Source: Haplodiscus bocki
Lineage: Eukaryota
Assembly: GCA_965655095.1 (NCBI GenBank)
Contig: OZ296649.1
Coordinates: 21,700,001-21,764,000, forward strand
Reading direction: 5' to 3'
DNA: 64,000 nucleotides
Each line of letters starts with the position of its first letter. The first letter of the stretch is position 1. This document shows, piece by piece, positions 12,591 to 26,439 of the stretch. Made by a program: the position numbers and the translations under genes. Below the pieces are notes generated by a model. It was not told the DNA's origin and made no database searches. It saw only the letters and a list, made by a program, of their open reading frames with translations.

Positions 12591-13269
12591 TTCATTTTTC
12601 CTTGTGTTTCTCGCATATTTTCAAATATTTTCTCAATTTGACCCTTTTATTCCATAAAACGTTTACAAACATGCACATGTTCATGCATGTCATCAAAGAA
12701 TTGGAGAAATCGATATAAAAAAGATGGAAAAATGAGGAAAAATAAAAAGAAAAAGAGTGGTTTTCTACTTGTTTTGATTGTTCACAACTAAATTTGATAC
12801 TACTGATAGAAGGACTATCCATGTCAATGGCTGGTAAAATGTCGACCATCCATGTACAACAGAAGGTAAAATATCAGCTATAAATGAACATTTAATGTCA
12901 ATTTCCACTACAAAAACACTAGTTTCTTCAATTTTCTTCTGTTTCAATTATTAGATAACGTGTTTAAACTTCCAGAGTGAAAAAATGACTACCTTAAAGC
13001 TAAAATGGGACTATCCATATTCAAGATTGATAAAGTTTTGACCATCGATGTTCAAGAAAATGTGACACATCAAATCTCAATGTAAAATTATTACCAAATT
13101 TGAAGAGTACAAGGTAACTCAGTTTAATCGTATTAAAACAGGTGGCTGATGATTGGATTTTACATATTCAGTGGGAGAAAAGGACGATCCTTAATTTCCA
13201 GAAGAATATTAAAAACAAAACAAAGTTTTTCAATTTCAATTTTAAAAACTGTTTTTTTTACTTTTGCTT

Positions 13270-13530
13270 AAGCTTCTGAGTCGCAGAACTTAGACTCAAG
13301 TTCAGTACTACGATGTAAAAAACAAAACATAATGTTAAAACTTATTGGAAAAAAATATTTATCTGAAGCTAACTCAAAAACAAATAGGACATCAATTGGA
13401 CTATTCAGATTTTTTGGCTAAACGGAATACAGACGAAAAAACCACGTCTAATCCTTATAACAGAAAAAAAGCAAAAAAAGACGAGCTCTCAAGATAACTT
13501 CACACAAGGTTAAGCCGGAAATTGTGATAA
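13270..13530 (+). pseudogene. Small putative helix-turn-helix protein
   Basis: LDSSSVLR..NIMLKL..KLTQKQIGHQLDYSD..KR pattern (TQxQIxxxLxxSxxxxxR), read across frameshifts. Confidence 0.5.
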
Positions 13531-14529
13531 CGATAATAAGATTTTTCTTGTAAAGGTTTGATTGATAGTGTTTTTAACAAAAACTAAATGACTGAATTTG
13601 TATAAACCATCAACAAACGATCCCAAAACACAAAAATTTATAGAACTAATTCTTGACAAATTTTCAGATGAATCACATACAACTGAGTCCTAAAGAGATC
13701 AAATTACTTTTACACAAAAAAGAATTAATGACGGAGTAAGGGTAGTAATGGTAGAGACAAATTAGGATACGGAGAGTGGGAATTGAACTGAAAGATAATA
13801 CAATTAACTTTCAACATGTAAAGAAGGAATTTCACATGACGAAAGTATGAAACAAAATAAAAAAATTAATTTTAGTGAAGCTTTGGTTGAAAAAATGCAA
13901 TATTTACAAAATTAGATAAAATTCCTATAAACATAAAAGTAATATTGAACTTTGAATAAAAAAGAGAAATATACGTGCTACAAAAGTTTTTGTTCTTTAA
14001 ATTTAAATGATAATTCCTAATTTTTTTTATTTGTTGATCTCTTTTCGTATATAGAGCCCTTTATAAATGATACTTATCAGCTTTGACAAAATTTGTCAAG
14101 GTGATTTTTATTATAATCTATCTGGAAAAGATAAACAACAAGATAAAAACTTTGACAACGTTGATAATTCACTACATCATCATTCGACTCAAACAAAAAA
14201 ATTCAGAACAATTTAAAAAAACAAACATGACAATAAAGTTTACAGGAAAAAAATTACCTTTTCAAAAAAAATGTATTGAGATCAAAAAAAGAAAGAGAAA
14301 ATCGTAATTCATGGAATGAAAGTGTAGAGATACCTTTACAAGCGTATGATGTAACTTTGAGTTTTTGCAATGAAAATAAAGGAATTTTAAAAATAATTCC
14401 ATTAAAGCCACAGTACAAATATTTTGTGATGTAAGTCTTTTCGGTCGATTTGATAGGAAAAATGAAATTTTCAAGGATTACATTTATCATAAAAAAATGA
14501 CGAAAAGGACTGTTAGAATTAAAAAACTG

Positions 14530-14925
14530 ATGACATTTATTGAAGTTTTTAAATTTTTTTTAAATTAAGAAAAGCCACATCAAAAGTGAATATAAAAGAA
14601 GTACTGAACAAAGAAGGATTGACTATGGGAATCTACATGAAAGACAGCGAATTTTCATTAAAAGTGGTATCTTTGCTTGACATTCAGTTGGACGGACACA
14701 ATGGATAGCATAAATAATTGAAAAAACTTTGATTATAACGAATGTCCACCACCAACATTATTTAGAACAAAATTGACTAATAAAAGAAATGAAGACTTTG
14801 CTTTTTTCAGCCTTCGAAATCCGAGAGAAAGCAAGTCCTTCTGCTGCTTATTGTATATGCATATTTTACTTAAAATAAATAATAAAAACGGATTGTAAAT
14901 CTGTTATATTATATAATATATTAGA
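14530..14925 (+). pseudogene. Adenain-like cysteine protease
   Basis: KATS..IKEVLNK..GIYMKDSEFS, GTQWIA (GTHWVA), FDYNECPPP (FDSxGxPP), AAYC. Confidence 0.75.
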
Positions 14926-14927
14926 TA

Positions 14928-15167
14928 ATGTCACAAAGAAAAATGAAAGTAGATAATTTTGTGATATACATTCGCTGCAAGATCGGTGCGCCAAACGCAC
15001 ATTTTATTGTAGCTGACGAGTATGAAATTAACAGTTCTCCAAAGAGGACCCGTCAATCAAAACGTTCACTAAATCAAAATCCTAAACACATTACAAAGAA
15101 AATGACTGGTGAAAGATTTAGAGGTTATCAAAAGAAGTTAAAAAAACAGATGAAAAAAAACTTATAA
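14928..15167 (+). pseudogene. Small basic protein (copies at 18926, 22919, 27250)
   Basis: K/R-rich 79 aa ORF between protease and minor capsid genes; a core-protein role is only a guess. Confidence 0.4.
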
Positions 15168-16175
15168 ATAAAAACAACACTGATACACTAATTGCTCAAA
15201 CAAACACAAAAACACAAAATATCCCAGAGTTCAAAATAACAAAATCAACGATTACTTTCAATTTAAACCCACCATCACAAACGGGAGTCGAAAAAAACGA
15301 TAGCTGTAACTAATTTAGAAGTATTGAACTGCGATTTCCAACATAACTTAACATATTGATGATTTTACAATCTATAGACCAGGATATTGGGAAAGTCCTG
15401 AAATGTTGAAAAACTAACAGAATTGTTAGAACAAAGAATTTCAAATCAAATTATATTACATGTGAAAGAGGCCAACAAAAGAAAATTAGAAATGAAAGTA
15501 GGAGTAAAAATTTATCAGCTATCAGACCTTAAAAAGTTTTCAAAAAGACGAGTTTTTCAAAGCTTCAGAAAATTTGAAATATATTGATCTTGCAGATATG
15601 GTGTTAGGAAGTTTCTGACATATAAGGAAAAGGAACATTTACAAGATAAAAAAGATATTGGTGCTGAATACGAAACTTCCTAAGTTCCAAAGAAAACATA
15701 GGAAGTAAGGGAAATGAGTAACACCTTAAAACCTGTTTTCACCAAAACTGTAAAAATTGAATTGAAAGCGATTGATTTTACAAACAAAACTGTTACGACA
15801 GAAGATACAAACAAAAACGATTTGTGAAAATTCAATGAAAAAAGTTTGTTCCATCAAGTTTCCAAACCTGAACATACTAAAAAACCTATACCAGCGAGAA
15901 TCCAGTTAACTTTAGTGAGAGTGACAAGGTTCATTTAAAATAAGTTAATATTGGTGTTAGTATTGTGAATGGAATTAGACAACCTATCTTTTAAGGCTGT
16001 GCGTTAGTTAAACCTCCCGGTCAAAGGATTAATAAAAGACCTAGGATAAAAGTTTACCAAAAAAACAAACAAAACTGTTTTGACTTCCATTATGTTTTAT
16101 GTAGAAAATGTTAGGAATAACAGAGTTACTTTCAATGGTTATACTTTGACTTTTATTATAATAATAACAAAACTT
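15150..16175 (+). pseudogene. Minor capsid (penton-like) gene 1 (copies ~19150-20170, ~23145-24165)
   Basis: N-terminal TDTLI.QT.TK.Q...EFK, AVTNLEV; C-terminal DKVHLK..SIVNGIRQPI..KPPG..IMFYVE..VTFNGYTLTF. Identity inferred from this motif pattern and gene context. Confidence 0.65.
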
Positions 16176-16229
16176 TTTTAATTGTGAATCTGTTTTGTGT
16201 AAAGTTAAAATTTTTAAAAACGAATCTAA

Positions 16230-17314
16230 ATGCTTATAAACATAAAAACAAAAACGAATGTTTTTTAATTTTTAGTTATAAAAACAATGATACACTTAAT
16301 CAACACACTCAAACAAAAGCACAAGGGATCTTGAAAAGTAAATTAGCAAAATCAAGACAGTCCTTCTCATTTGATATACCTCTCAAATTAAAAGGTGGTG
16401 AATGGATCTTAAATTCAACGAAGTTAGAAGTATATAACTAGTTTCGTTTTAAAAAACGAAAACAATAACTTTGAAATCATTAAACCAGTTGAGAAGAAAG
16501 AGAATTGTTAATCTATACATAGTTTAAAAAATGTCGTTGGAAAATTTTGTCCCGAACATCTTAAATATGAAGCATTAAGACCGGTCATTATTGAAAAGTT
16601 TTTCAAAAATTGAGTTTGATGATATAAACGTAATCAGAAAAATCTAACACTTAACGGAAGAAGGATTGGAATCTTTTTCAATTGGTAACAAAGCTGAAGA
16701 TTCAGTATACGATGAGTTTTTGATAGATTAGTAACAATGTGTTTTTCAAGACTTTGAGAGTTTTCTGAGAACAATGCGAATAGAAGAAAATGATAACACC
16801 TTCATATTACAAAATATAATTCTAATTGCGAGACTTATGAAAGGCCACCAGATACATATGAAGATAGTTATAATAAAAACACTTTAGATAGTCGCGCGGA
16901 AGCTAATGTTTCTATTAGCAGTATCACAATGAAATCACAATTAAAAACGAAGAAGAAGTTTTGGTTGTCGAAAAATCATTTTTTTTCAATACAATGCTAG
17001 GCCTTAGCCTGGAATGGGTTTATGAACCTAAAAATGAATATATTAGTCGAAACAAAATGAAGAAAACTACAAGAATTAAAATTCATATAAAATGTGATTG
17101 TAGAGACGTAACAGTGTTGAATGCTTTTCGAGAACCAACAGTTTATAGTTTTACTCCAAGTAAACCTCCTGTTGTTAAATTGAGTTCTCAGCTGGAGACA
17201 AAATTTAAAAAAAAACAATATGTTTTGTGTAGTATAGCGTTTGCTTTGGAAAATTATGACAGACGCGTGGTTTGTTTCAATGAAGAAACTTTGACCTTTA
17301 CTTTGTTTTCATAA
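16230..17314 (+). pseudogene. Minor capsid (penton-like) gene 2, paralog of gene 1 (copies ~20225-21310, ~24220-25303)
   Basis: DTLNQHTQTK.Q..FSFDIPL..EWILNSTKLEVYN; KIHIKCDC.DVTVLNAFREPTVYSF..KPP..FNEETLTFTL. Confidence 0.65.
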
Positions 17315-17330
17315 AAAACATATTTTATAA

Positions 17331-17725
17331 ATGAGCTAATAAGAACTGGAAATACTTTATTTGTGTTGGAGGGATGTTTCTCTCTATTACTAAATCTGTC
17401 ATTGGTGGGATCAATGAAACAGGTCAAAAAATTTTGTTTGGAAAATGTATACAATGTAATACAAAAAAATCAAGGAGTGTTAGTGATAAGACAATATGAA
17501 CTGAAGGAGTAAGTAAAGTCCTTAAAAACAAAGGGAAAACTTCTGCTAAGGCAGGTAAAAAATTGGCTGCAAATGTGGGGAAGACACCTGTAAAAGCATT
17601 GGAATTTAGGGCAAAAATGGGTAGTGCAGCCGCATATAAAAATAGAAAAGCAGTTTTATCTACAGTTCCAGATGTAATAAAGTTTAATCATCCTGCTGAA
17701 GGATTATATCAAAGAAAATTTGTAA
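17331..17725 (+). pseudogene. Small protein with CxxC ribbon and basic amphipathic region (copies 21327-21723, 25321-25716)
   Basis: ILFGKCIQCNTKKSRSVSDKT.*TEGVSKVLKNKGKTSAKAGKKLAANVGKTPVKALE..GSAAA..KAVLSTVPDVIKF. Confidence 0.55.
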
Positions 17726-17774
17726 AGTTAAAATATACAAAACAGTTTTATTGTCGCAAAAAAGTCGGCTACTA

Positions 17775-18275
17775 GGATATATCCATCGGCAGCATTAGAA
17801 CCAATTACAAATGTTGAAGAGGGATCAAAGAAGAAAATGTTTAATGTTAACAGCTTCAATATCCCTAATAACAATCTTGAAGGAAAGATCATCTAATTTA
17901 ACGATAGAAACAAAAAATCAAAAAAAAAATATAAAACCTATAAAGTTTTGCCTACAATATAAAAAACAGTTGATACTTTCGTCATTCTTGCTACAGCTTC
18001 AAGTTTCAAAACAGTATCAATCACTGACTCTTCTGTTTTTTTTTAGTGATGCCAATTTCAACTGGAACTGCCTGTGGATGAACTTTAACAAACAATGTAT
18101 TCTACGCAACAACTATGAATATATAGGATATTTGAAGGCTAATTGTAGGAGAACACAACAAACTAATAACTTTCCTGAAAAGTTTTCTAGGAAATGTTTA
18201 CATGATAATGTGATTGATAAAAAAGAAAACAACTCTCTATGTAAAAATTTTACGATATTTGTAATTGAAAACAGA
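17775..18275 (+). pseudogene. Putative membrane protein (copies ~21775-22265, ~25770-26270)
   Basis: YPSAALE.., KKSKKKYK, then hydrophobic hairpin TVDTFVILATASS..VMPISTGTACG, C-terminal CLHDNVIDKKE. Confidence 0.55.
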
Positions 18276-18284
18276 ATTGGTCTT

Positions 18285-18830
18285 TTTGATCCTCTTTTTT
18301 AAGGTAAAACATATCTTATATCGGAAAAACTGAAAGCATTTTTTGATAGAAAAGTTTTTTTTATGACCAGATCTCCTGAAAAATATGCTAATGATTATAT
18401 TACAGATGGAAAAATAGAGAACTAGGCGAATATCAGGGTGTTATTGTGGTTCTTGTTATTATAAAAGAATCTATAAAAAAACCATAGATTCCTTCTTCAC
18501 AAGAGGATGTCACAAAGTTCTGGATTTTTGTTTTTTGTCTCAGTTACTTTTGATCCACCAAAAAAAAAACAAAAAGGAACAACAGTAACATAAATATTCT
18601 GATCGAAACAACTTTAAAGGTTGTTGAACACATATATAGGGACATTCCAGGATTTGATATGAGTTATTTTGAATTCAAGGACCTTTGTAGAAAAGCATGG
18701 AAAAATGAGGAAGATAATTATCTCTATATGGATAGATCTAAAAAGAAAAGTGCAGGTAAGTTTTGTATTTGTAATGAAAGCAAACCAAACATGTGTATGG
18801 AGTGCGTTCCAGAAACAAATCGTTTTTATA
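18285..18830 (+). pseudogene. A32/FtsK-like packaging ATPase, 5'-deleted (unit 2 copy ~22280-22825)
   Basis: Decayed Walker A DPLF*GKT, TRSPEKY, FFTRGCH, LSQ, IYRDIPGFDMSYFEFKDLCRKAW. Confidence 0.8.
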
Positions 18831-21800
18831 TTATGTGTAATAAATACGATCAATTATTCAGTTTTACCTAAACTAAATAAGAAAAACGGATTGTAAAACT
18901 GTTATATTTTATAATACAATAGATAATGTCACATAGAAAAATGGAAGTAGATAATTTTGTGATAAACATTCGCTCCAAGAACGGTGCACCAAACGCACAT
19001 TTTTTTGGAGTTGACCAGCAGAAATTTAACAGTTTTCCAAAGAGGACCCCTCAATCCAAACGTTCACTAAATCAAAATTTTACACTTTTCACCAAGAAAG
19101 TGACTGGTAAATGATTTAGATTTTATCAGAACAAGTTAAAAAATAGAAGAATTACTACTTGTAAATAAAAACAACACTAATACACTAATTGCTCGAACAA
19201 ACACAAAAACACAAGAGATCTTAGAGTTCAACTTAACAAAATCATAGATTACTTTCAATTTACACCCTTCATTGCAAGCGGAGGCAAAAAAAACGATAGC
19301 TGTAACTAATTTAGAATTATTGTACTGCGATTTCCAACATAACTGAACATATTGATGATTTTACAATCTATAGACCAGGATATTGGGAAAGTCCTGAAAT
19401 TTTGAAAAACTAACAGAACTGTTAGAACAAAGAATTTCAAATCAATTTAAATTACATGTGAAAGAAGCCAACAAACGAAGATTAGAAATGAAAGTAGGAG
19501 TAAAAACTTATCAGCTATCAGAGCTTAAAGGCTTTTCAAAAAGACAAGTTTTTCAAAGCTTCAGAAAATTTGAAACATATTGGTCTTGGAGATATGGTGT
19601 TAGAAAGTTTCTGACAAATAAGGAAAAGGAACATTTACAAGATAAAAAAGATATTGGTGCTGAATACGAAACTTCCTAAGTTCCAAAGAAAACATAGGAA
19701 GTAAGGGAAATGAGTAACACCTTAAAACATATTTTCACCAGAACTGTAAATTTTGAATTGAAAGCGATTGATTTTACAAACAAAACTGTTATGACAGAAG
19801 ATACAAACGAAAACGATTTGTGAAAATTCAATGAAAAAAGTTTGTTCCATCAAGTTTCCAAACCTGAACATACTAAAAAACCTATACCAGCGAGAATCTT
19901 GTTAACTTTAGTGAGAGTGACAAGGTTCATTTGAAATGTGTTAATATTGGTGTTAGTATTGTGAATCGAAATAAACAACCTTTTTCTTAAGGCTTTGAGT
20001 TAGTTAAATACCCAGTCAAAAGATTAATAAAAGACCTAGGATAAAAGTTTACCAAAAAAACAAACACAACTGTTTTGCATTCCATTATGTTTTATGTAAA
20101 AAATGTTAGGAATAACAGAGTTACTTTCAATGGTTATACTTTGACTTTTAATATAATAATAACAAAAACTTCTTTAATTGTGAATCTGTTTTGTGTAAAG
20201 TTAAAATTTTTAAAAATGAATCTCAATGCTTATAAACCTAAGAACAAAAACGAAAATTTTGTTATGTTTAGTTACTAAAAACACTGATACACTTAATCAA
20301 CACACTCAAACAAAATCACAAGGGATCTTGGAAAACAGATTGGCAAAATCAAGACAGTCCTTCTCATTTCATATACATCTCAAACTAAAAGATGAAGAAT
20401 GGATCTTAAATTCAACGAAGTTAGAAGTATATAACTCTAGTTTCGTTTTAAAGAACGAAAACAATAAATTTGAATTATTTAAACCAGTTGAGAAGAAAGA
20501 AAATTGTTAATCTATACATAGTTTGAAAAGTGTCGTTGAAAAATTTTGTGCCGAGCATCTTAAATATGAAGCACTAAGACCGGTCAATATTGAAAAAATT
20601 TAAAAAGTTGTGTTTGATAACATAAACATAATCAGAAAAATCTTACACTTAACGGAAGAAGGATTGGAATCCTTTTCAATTGGTAACAAAGCTGAAGATT
20701 CAGTATTTGATGAATTTTTGATAGCTTACTAACAATGTGTTTTTCAAGATTTTTAGATTTTTCTGAGAACAATGCGAATAGAAGAAAACGAAAATCCCTT
20801 CCTATTACAAAATATAATTTTTATTTCGATAGTTTTGAGAGGCCACCAGATAAAAATGAATTTAGTTATAAGAAAACACTTTAGATAGTCGCGTGGAAGC
20901 TAATGTTTCTATTAGCACTATCACAATGAAATCACAAATTAGAAACGAAGAAGAAGTTTTGGTTCTCAAAAAATCATTTTTTTCAATACAATGCTAGGCT
21001 TTAGCCTAAAATGGGTTTATGAACCTAAAAGTGAATATATTAGTCGAAACAAAATGAAGAAAACTACAAGAGTTAAAATTCATATAAAATGTGATTGTAG
21101 AGACGTAACAGTGTTGAATGCTTTTCGAGAACCAACAGTTCATAGTTTTACTCCAAGTAAACTTCCTGTTGTTAAATTGAGTTCTGAGCTGGAGACAAAA
21201 TTTAAAAAAAACAATATGTTTTGTGTAGTATAACGTTTGCTTTGGAAAATTATGACAGACGCGTGGTTGATTTCAATGAAGAAACTTTGACTTTTACTTT
21301 GTTTTCATAAAAAACATTATTTAAAAATGAGCTAATAAGAACTGGAATTACTTTATTTCGTGTTGGAGGGAGATTTCTCTCTAGTACTAAATCTGTCATT
21401 GGTGGGATCAATGAAACAGGTCAAAAAATTTTGTTTGGAAAGTGTATACAATGTAATACAAAAAAAATCAAGGAGTGTTAGTGATAAGACAACATGAACT
21501 GAAGGAGTAAGTAAAATCCTTAAAAACAAAGGGAAAACTTCTGCTAAGGCAGGTAAAAAATTGGCTGCAAATGTGGGGAAGACACCTGTAAAAGCATTGG
21601 AATTTAGGGCAAAAATGGGTAGTGCAGCCGCATATAAAAATAGAAAAGCAGTTTTATCTACAGTTCCAGATGTAATAAAGTTTAATCATCCTGCTGAAGG
21701 ATTATATCAAAGAAAATTTGTAAAGTTAAAATATACAAAACAGTTTTATTGTCGCAAAAAAGTCGGCTACTAGGATATAACCATCGGCAGCATTAGAACC

Positions 21801-24800
21801 AATTACAAATGTTGAAGAGGGATCAAAGAAGAAAATGTTTAATATTAACAGCTTCAATAACCCTAATAACAATCTTGAAGGAAAGATCATCTAATTTAAC
21901 GATAGAAACAAAAATCAAAATAAAAATATAAAACCTTTAAAGTTTTACCTACAATATAAAAAACAGTTGATACTTTTGTTATTCTTGCTACAACTTCAAC
22001 TTTTAAAACACTATCAATCACTGACTCTTCTGTTTTTTAGTGATGCCATTTTCAACTGGAACTGCCTGTGGATGAACTTTAACAAACAATGTATTCTACG
22101 CAACAACTATGAATATATAGGATAATTGAAGGCTAATTGTAGGAGAACACAACAAACTAATAACTTTCCTGAAAAGTTTTCAAGGAAATGTTTACATGAT
22201 AATGTGATTGATAAAAAAGAAAAAAACTCTCTATGTAAAAATTTTCCGATATTTGTAATTGAAAACAGAATTGGTCTTTTTGATCCTCTTTTGTAAGATA
22301 AAACATATCTTATATCGGAGAAATTGAAAACATTTTTTGACAGAAATATTTTTTTTATAACCAGATCTCCTGAAAAATATACTAATGATTATATTACAGA
22401 TGAAAAAATAGAGAACTAGGCGAATATCAGGGTGTTATTGTGGTTCTTGTTATTCTAAAAGAATCTATCAAAAAACCATAGATTCCTTCTTCACAAGAGG
22501 ATGTCACAAAGTTCTGGATTTTTGTTTTTTGTCTCAGTTACTTCTGATCCACCAAAAAAAAACAAAAAGGAACAGCAGTAATATAAATATTCTGATCGAA
22601 ACAACTTTAAAGGTTGTTGAACACATATATAGGGACATTCCAGGGTTTGATATGAGTTATTTTGAAATCAAGGACCTTTGTAGATAAGCATGGAAAAATG
22701 AGGAAGATAATTATATCTATATGGATAGATCTAAAAAGAAAAGTGCAGGTAAGTTTTGTATTTGTAATGAAAGCAAACCAAACACGTTTATAGCGTGCAT
22801 TCCAGAAACAAATCTTTTTTATAGTATATCTAATAAATACGATCAATTAATCAGTTTTACCTAAACTAAATATGAAAAACGGATTGTAAATTTGTTATAT
22901 TTTATAATATAATAGATAATGTCACATAGAAAAATGGAAGTAGATAATTTTGTGATAAACATTCGCTCCAGGAACGGTGCACCAAACGCACATTTTTTTG
23001 GAGCTGACCAGTAGAAATTTAACAGTTCTCCAAAGAGGACCCCTCAATCCAAACGTTCACTAAATCAAAATTTTACACTTTTCACCAAGAAAGTGACTGG
23101 TAAATGATTTAGAGGTTATCAGAACAAGTTAAAAACTAGAAGAATTACTACTTGTAAATAAAAACAACACTAATACACTAATTGATCGAACAAACACAAA
23201 AACACAAGAGATCTTAGAGTTCAACTTAACAAAATCATAGATTACTTTCAATTTACACCCTTCATTGCAAGCGGAGGCAAAAAAAATGATAGCTGTACCT
23301 AATTTAGAATTATTGAACTGCGATTTCCAACATAACTGAACATAAGTTTGATTTTACAATCTATAGACCAGGATATTGGGGAAGTCCTGAAATTTTGAAA
23401 AACTAACAGAATTGTTAGAACAAAGAATTTCAAATCAATTTAAATTACATGTGAAAGAAGCCAACAAACGAGGATTAGAAATGAAAGTAGGAGTAAAAAC
23501 TTATCAGCTATCAGAGCTTAAAGACTTTTCAAAAAGACGAGTTTGTCAAAGCTTCAAAAAATATGAAACATATTGGTCTTGGAGATACGGTGTTAGAAAG
23601 TTTCTGACAAATAAGGAAAAGGAACATTTACAAGATAAAAAAGATATTGGTGCTGAATACGAAACTTCCTAAGTTCCAAAGAAAACATTGGAAGTAAGGG
23701 AAATGAGTAACACCTTAAAACCTATTTTCACCAGAACTGTAAATGTTGAATTGAAAGCGATTGATTTTACAAACAAAACTGTTATGACAGAAGATTCAAA
23801 CAAAAACGATTTGTGAAAATTCAATGAAAAAAGTTTGTTCCATCAAGTTTCCAAACCTGAACATACTAAAAAACCTATACCAGCGAGAATCCTGTTAACT
23901 TTAGTGAGAGTGACAAGGTTCATTTGAAATGTGTTAATATTGGTGTTAGTATTGTGAATCGAAATAAACAACCTATTTTTTAAGGCTTTGCGTTAGTTAA
24001 ACATCCCGGTCAAAAGATTAATAAAAGACCTAGGATAAAAAATTACCAAAAAAACAAACACAACTGTTTTGCATTCCATTATGTTTTATGTAAAAAATGT
24101 TAGGAATAACAGAGTTACTTTCAATGGTTATACTTTGACTTTTAATATAATAATAACAAAAACTTCTTTAATTGTGAATCTGTTTTGTGTGAAGTTAAAA
24201 TTTTTAAAAATGAATCTCAATGCTTATAAACCTAAAAACAAAAACGAAAATTTTGTTATTTTTAGTCACTAAAAACACTGATACACTTAATCAACACACT
24301 CAAACAAAATCACAAGGGATCTTGGAAAATAGATTGGCAAAATCAAGACAGTCCTTCTCATTTCATATACCTATCAAACTAAAAGATGAAGAATGGATCT
24401 TAAGTTCAACGAAGTTAGAAGTATATAACTCTAGTTTCGTTTTAAAGAACGAAAACAATAAATTTGAATTATTTAAACCAGTTGAGAAGAAAGAAAATTG
24501 TTAATCTATACATAGTTTGAAAAGTGTCGTTGAAAAATTTTGTGCCGAGCATCTTAAATATGAAGCACTAAGACCGGTCAATATTGAAAAAATTTAAAAA
24601 GTTGTGTTTGATAACATAAACATAATCAGAAAAATCTTACACTTAACGGAAGAAGGATTGGAATCCTTTTCAATTGGTAACAAAGCTGAAGATTCAGTAT
24701 TTGATGAATTTTTGATAGCTTACTAACAATGTGTTTTTCAAGATTTTTAGATTTTTCTGAGAACAATGCGAATAGAAGAAAACGAAAATCCCTTCCTATT

Positions 24801-26439
24801 ACAAAATATAATTTTTATTTCGATAGTTTTGAGAGGCCACCAGATAAAAATGAATTTAGTTATAAGAAAACACTTTAGATAGTCGCGTGGAAGCTAATGT
24901 TTCTATTAGCACTATCACAATGAAATCACAAATTAGAAACGAAGAAGAAGTTTTGGTTCTCGAAAAATCATTTTTTTCAATACAATGCTAGGCCTTAGCC
25001 TAAAATGGGTTTATGAACCTAAAAGTGAATATATTAGTCGAAACAAAATGAAGAAAACTACAAGAGTTAAAATTCATATAAAATGTGATTGTAGAGACGT
25101 AACAGTGTTGAATGCTTTTCGAGAACCAACAGTTCATAGTTTTACTCCAAGTAAACTTCCTGTTGTAAAATTGAGTTCTGAGCTGGAGACAAAATTTAAA
25201 AAAAACAATATGTTTTGTGTAGTATAACGTTTGCTTTGGAAAATTATGACAGACGTGTGGTTGATTTCAATGAAGAAACTTTGACCTTTACTTTGTTTTC
25301 ATAAAAAACATTATTTAAAAATGAGCTAATAAGAACTGGAATTACTTTATTTCGTGTTGGAGGGAGATTTCTCTCTAGTACTAAATCTGTCATTGGTGGG
25401 ATCACAGAAACAGGTCAAAAAATTTTGTTTGGAAAGTGTATACAATGTAATACAAAAAAAAATCAAGGAGTGTTAGTGATAAGACAATTTGAACTGAAGG
25501 AGTAAGTAGAGTCCTTAAAAACAAAGGGAAAACTTCTTCTAAGGCAGGTAAAAAATTGGCTGCAAATGTAATGAAGATTCCGAAAAGCAATGGAGATTAG
25601 GGCAAAAATGGGTAGTGCAGCCGCATCTAAAAATCGAAAAGCAGTTTTATCTACATTTCCAGATGTAAAAAAGTTTAATCATCCTGCTGAAGGATTATAT
25701 CATAGAAAACTTGTAAAATAAAAGTATACAAAACGTTTTTATTGTCGCAAAAAAGTCTGCTACTAGGATATATCCATCTGCAGAATTAGAACCAACTACA
25801 AATGTTGAAGAGAGATCAGAGAAGAAAATGTTTAATATTACCAGGTTCAATAACCCTAAGAACAACCTTGAAGAAAAGATCATCTAATTTAACGATGAAA
25901 ACAAGAAATCAAAATAAAAATATAAAACATATAAAGTTTTACCTACAATATAAAAAACAGTTGATACTTTCGTCATTCTTGCTACAGCTTCAAGTTTCAA
26001 AACAGTATCAATCACTGACTCTTCTGTTTTTTTTGTGATGCCAATTTCAACTGGAACTGCCTGTGGATCAACTTTAACAAACAATGCATTCTACGCAACA
26101 ACTATGAATATATAGGGTAATTGAAGGATAATTGTAGAACACAACAAACTAATAACTTTCCTGAAAAGTTTTTTAGGAAATGTTTACATGATAATGTGAT
26201 TGACAAAAAAGAAAACAACTCTCTATGTAAAAGTTTTACAATATTTGTAATTGAAAAAAAAATTTTTTTTTGAAAAGAAAGTTCTAAACAAATGTTTTCA
26301 TAGCAACAGCTAAGTAAAAAATAAACTTCGCTGGAATTAATGTAGCTCTCTAATTTTGAAACTAAGACAGAAAGTAAACCTAGAACTAAGGCTAGCACTT
26401 TTTATAGTTTTTAAAATTGACTTTCTATTTCTGTAAAGC

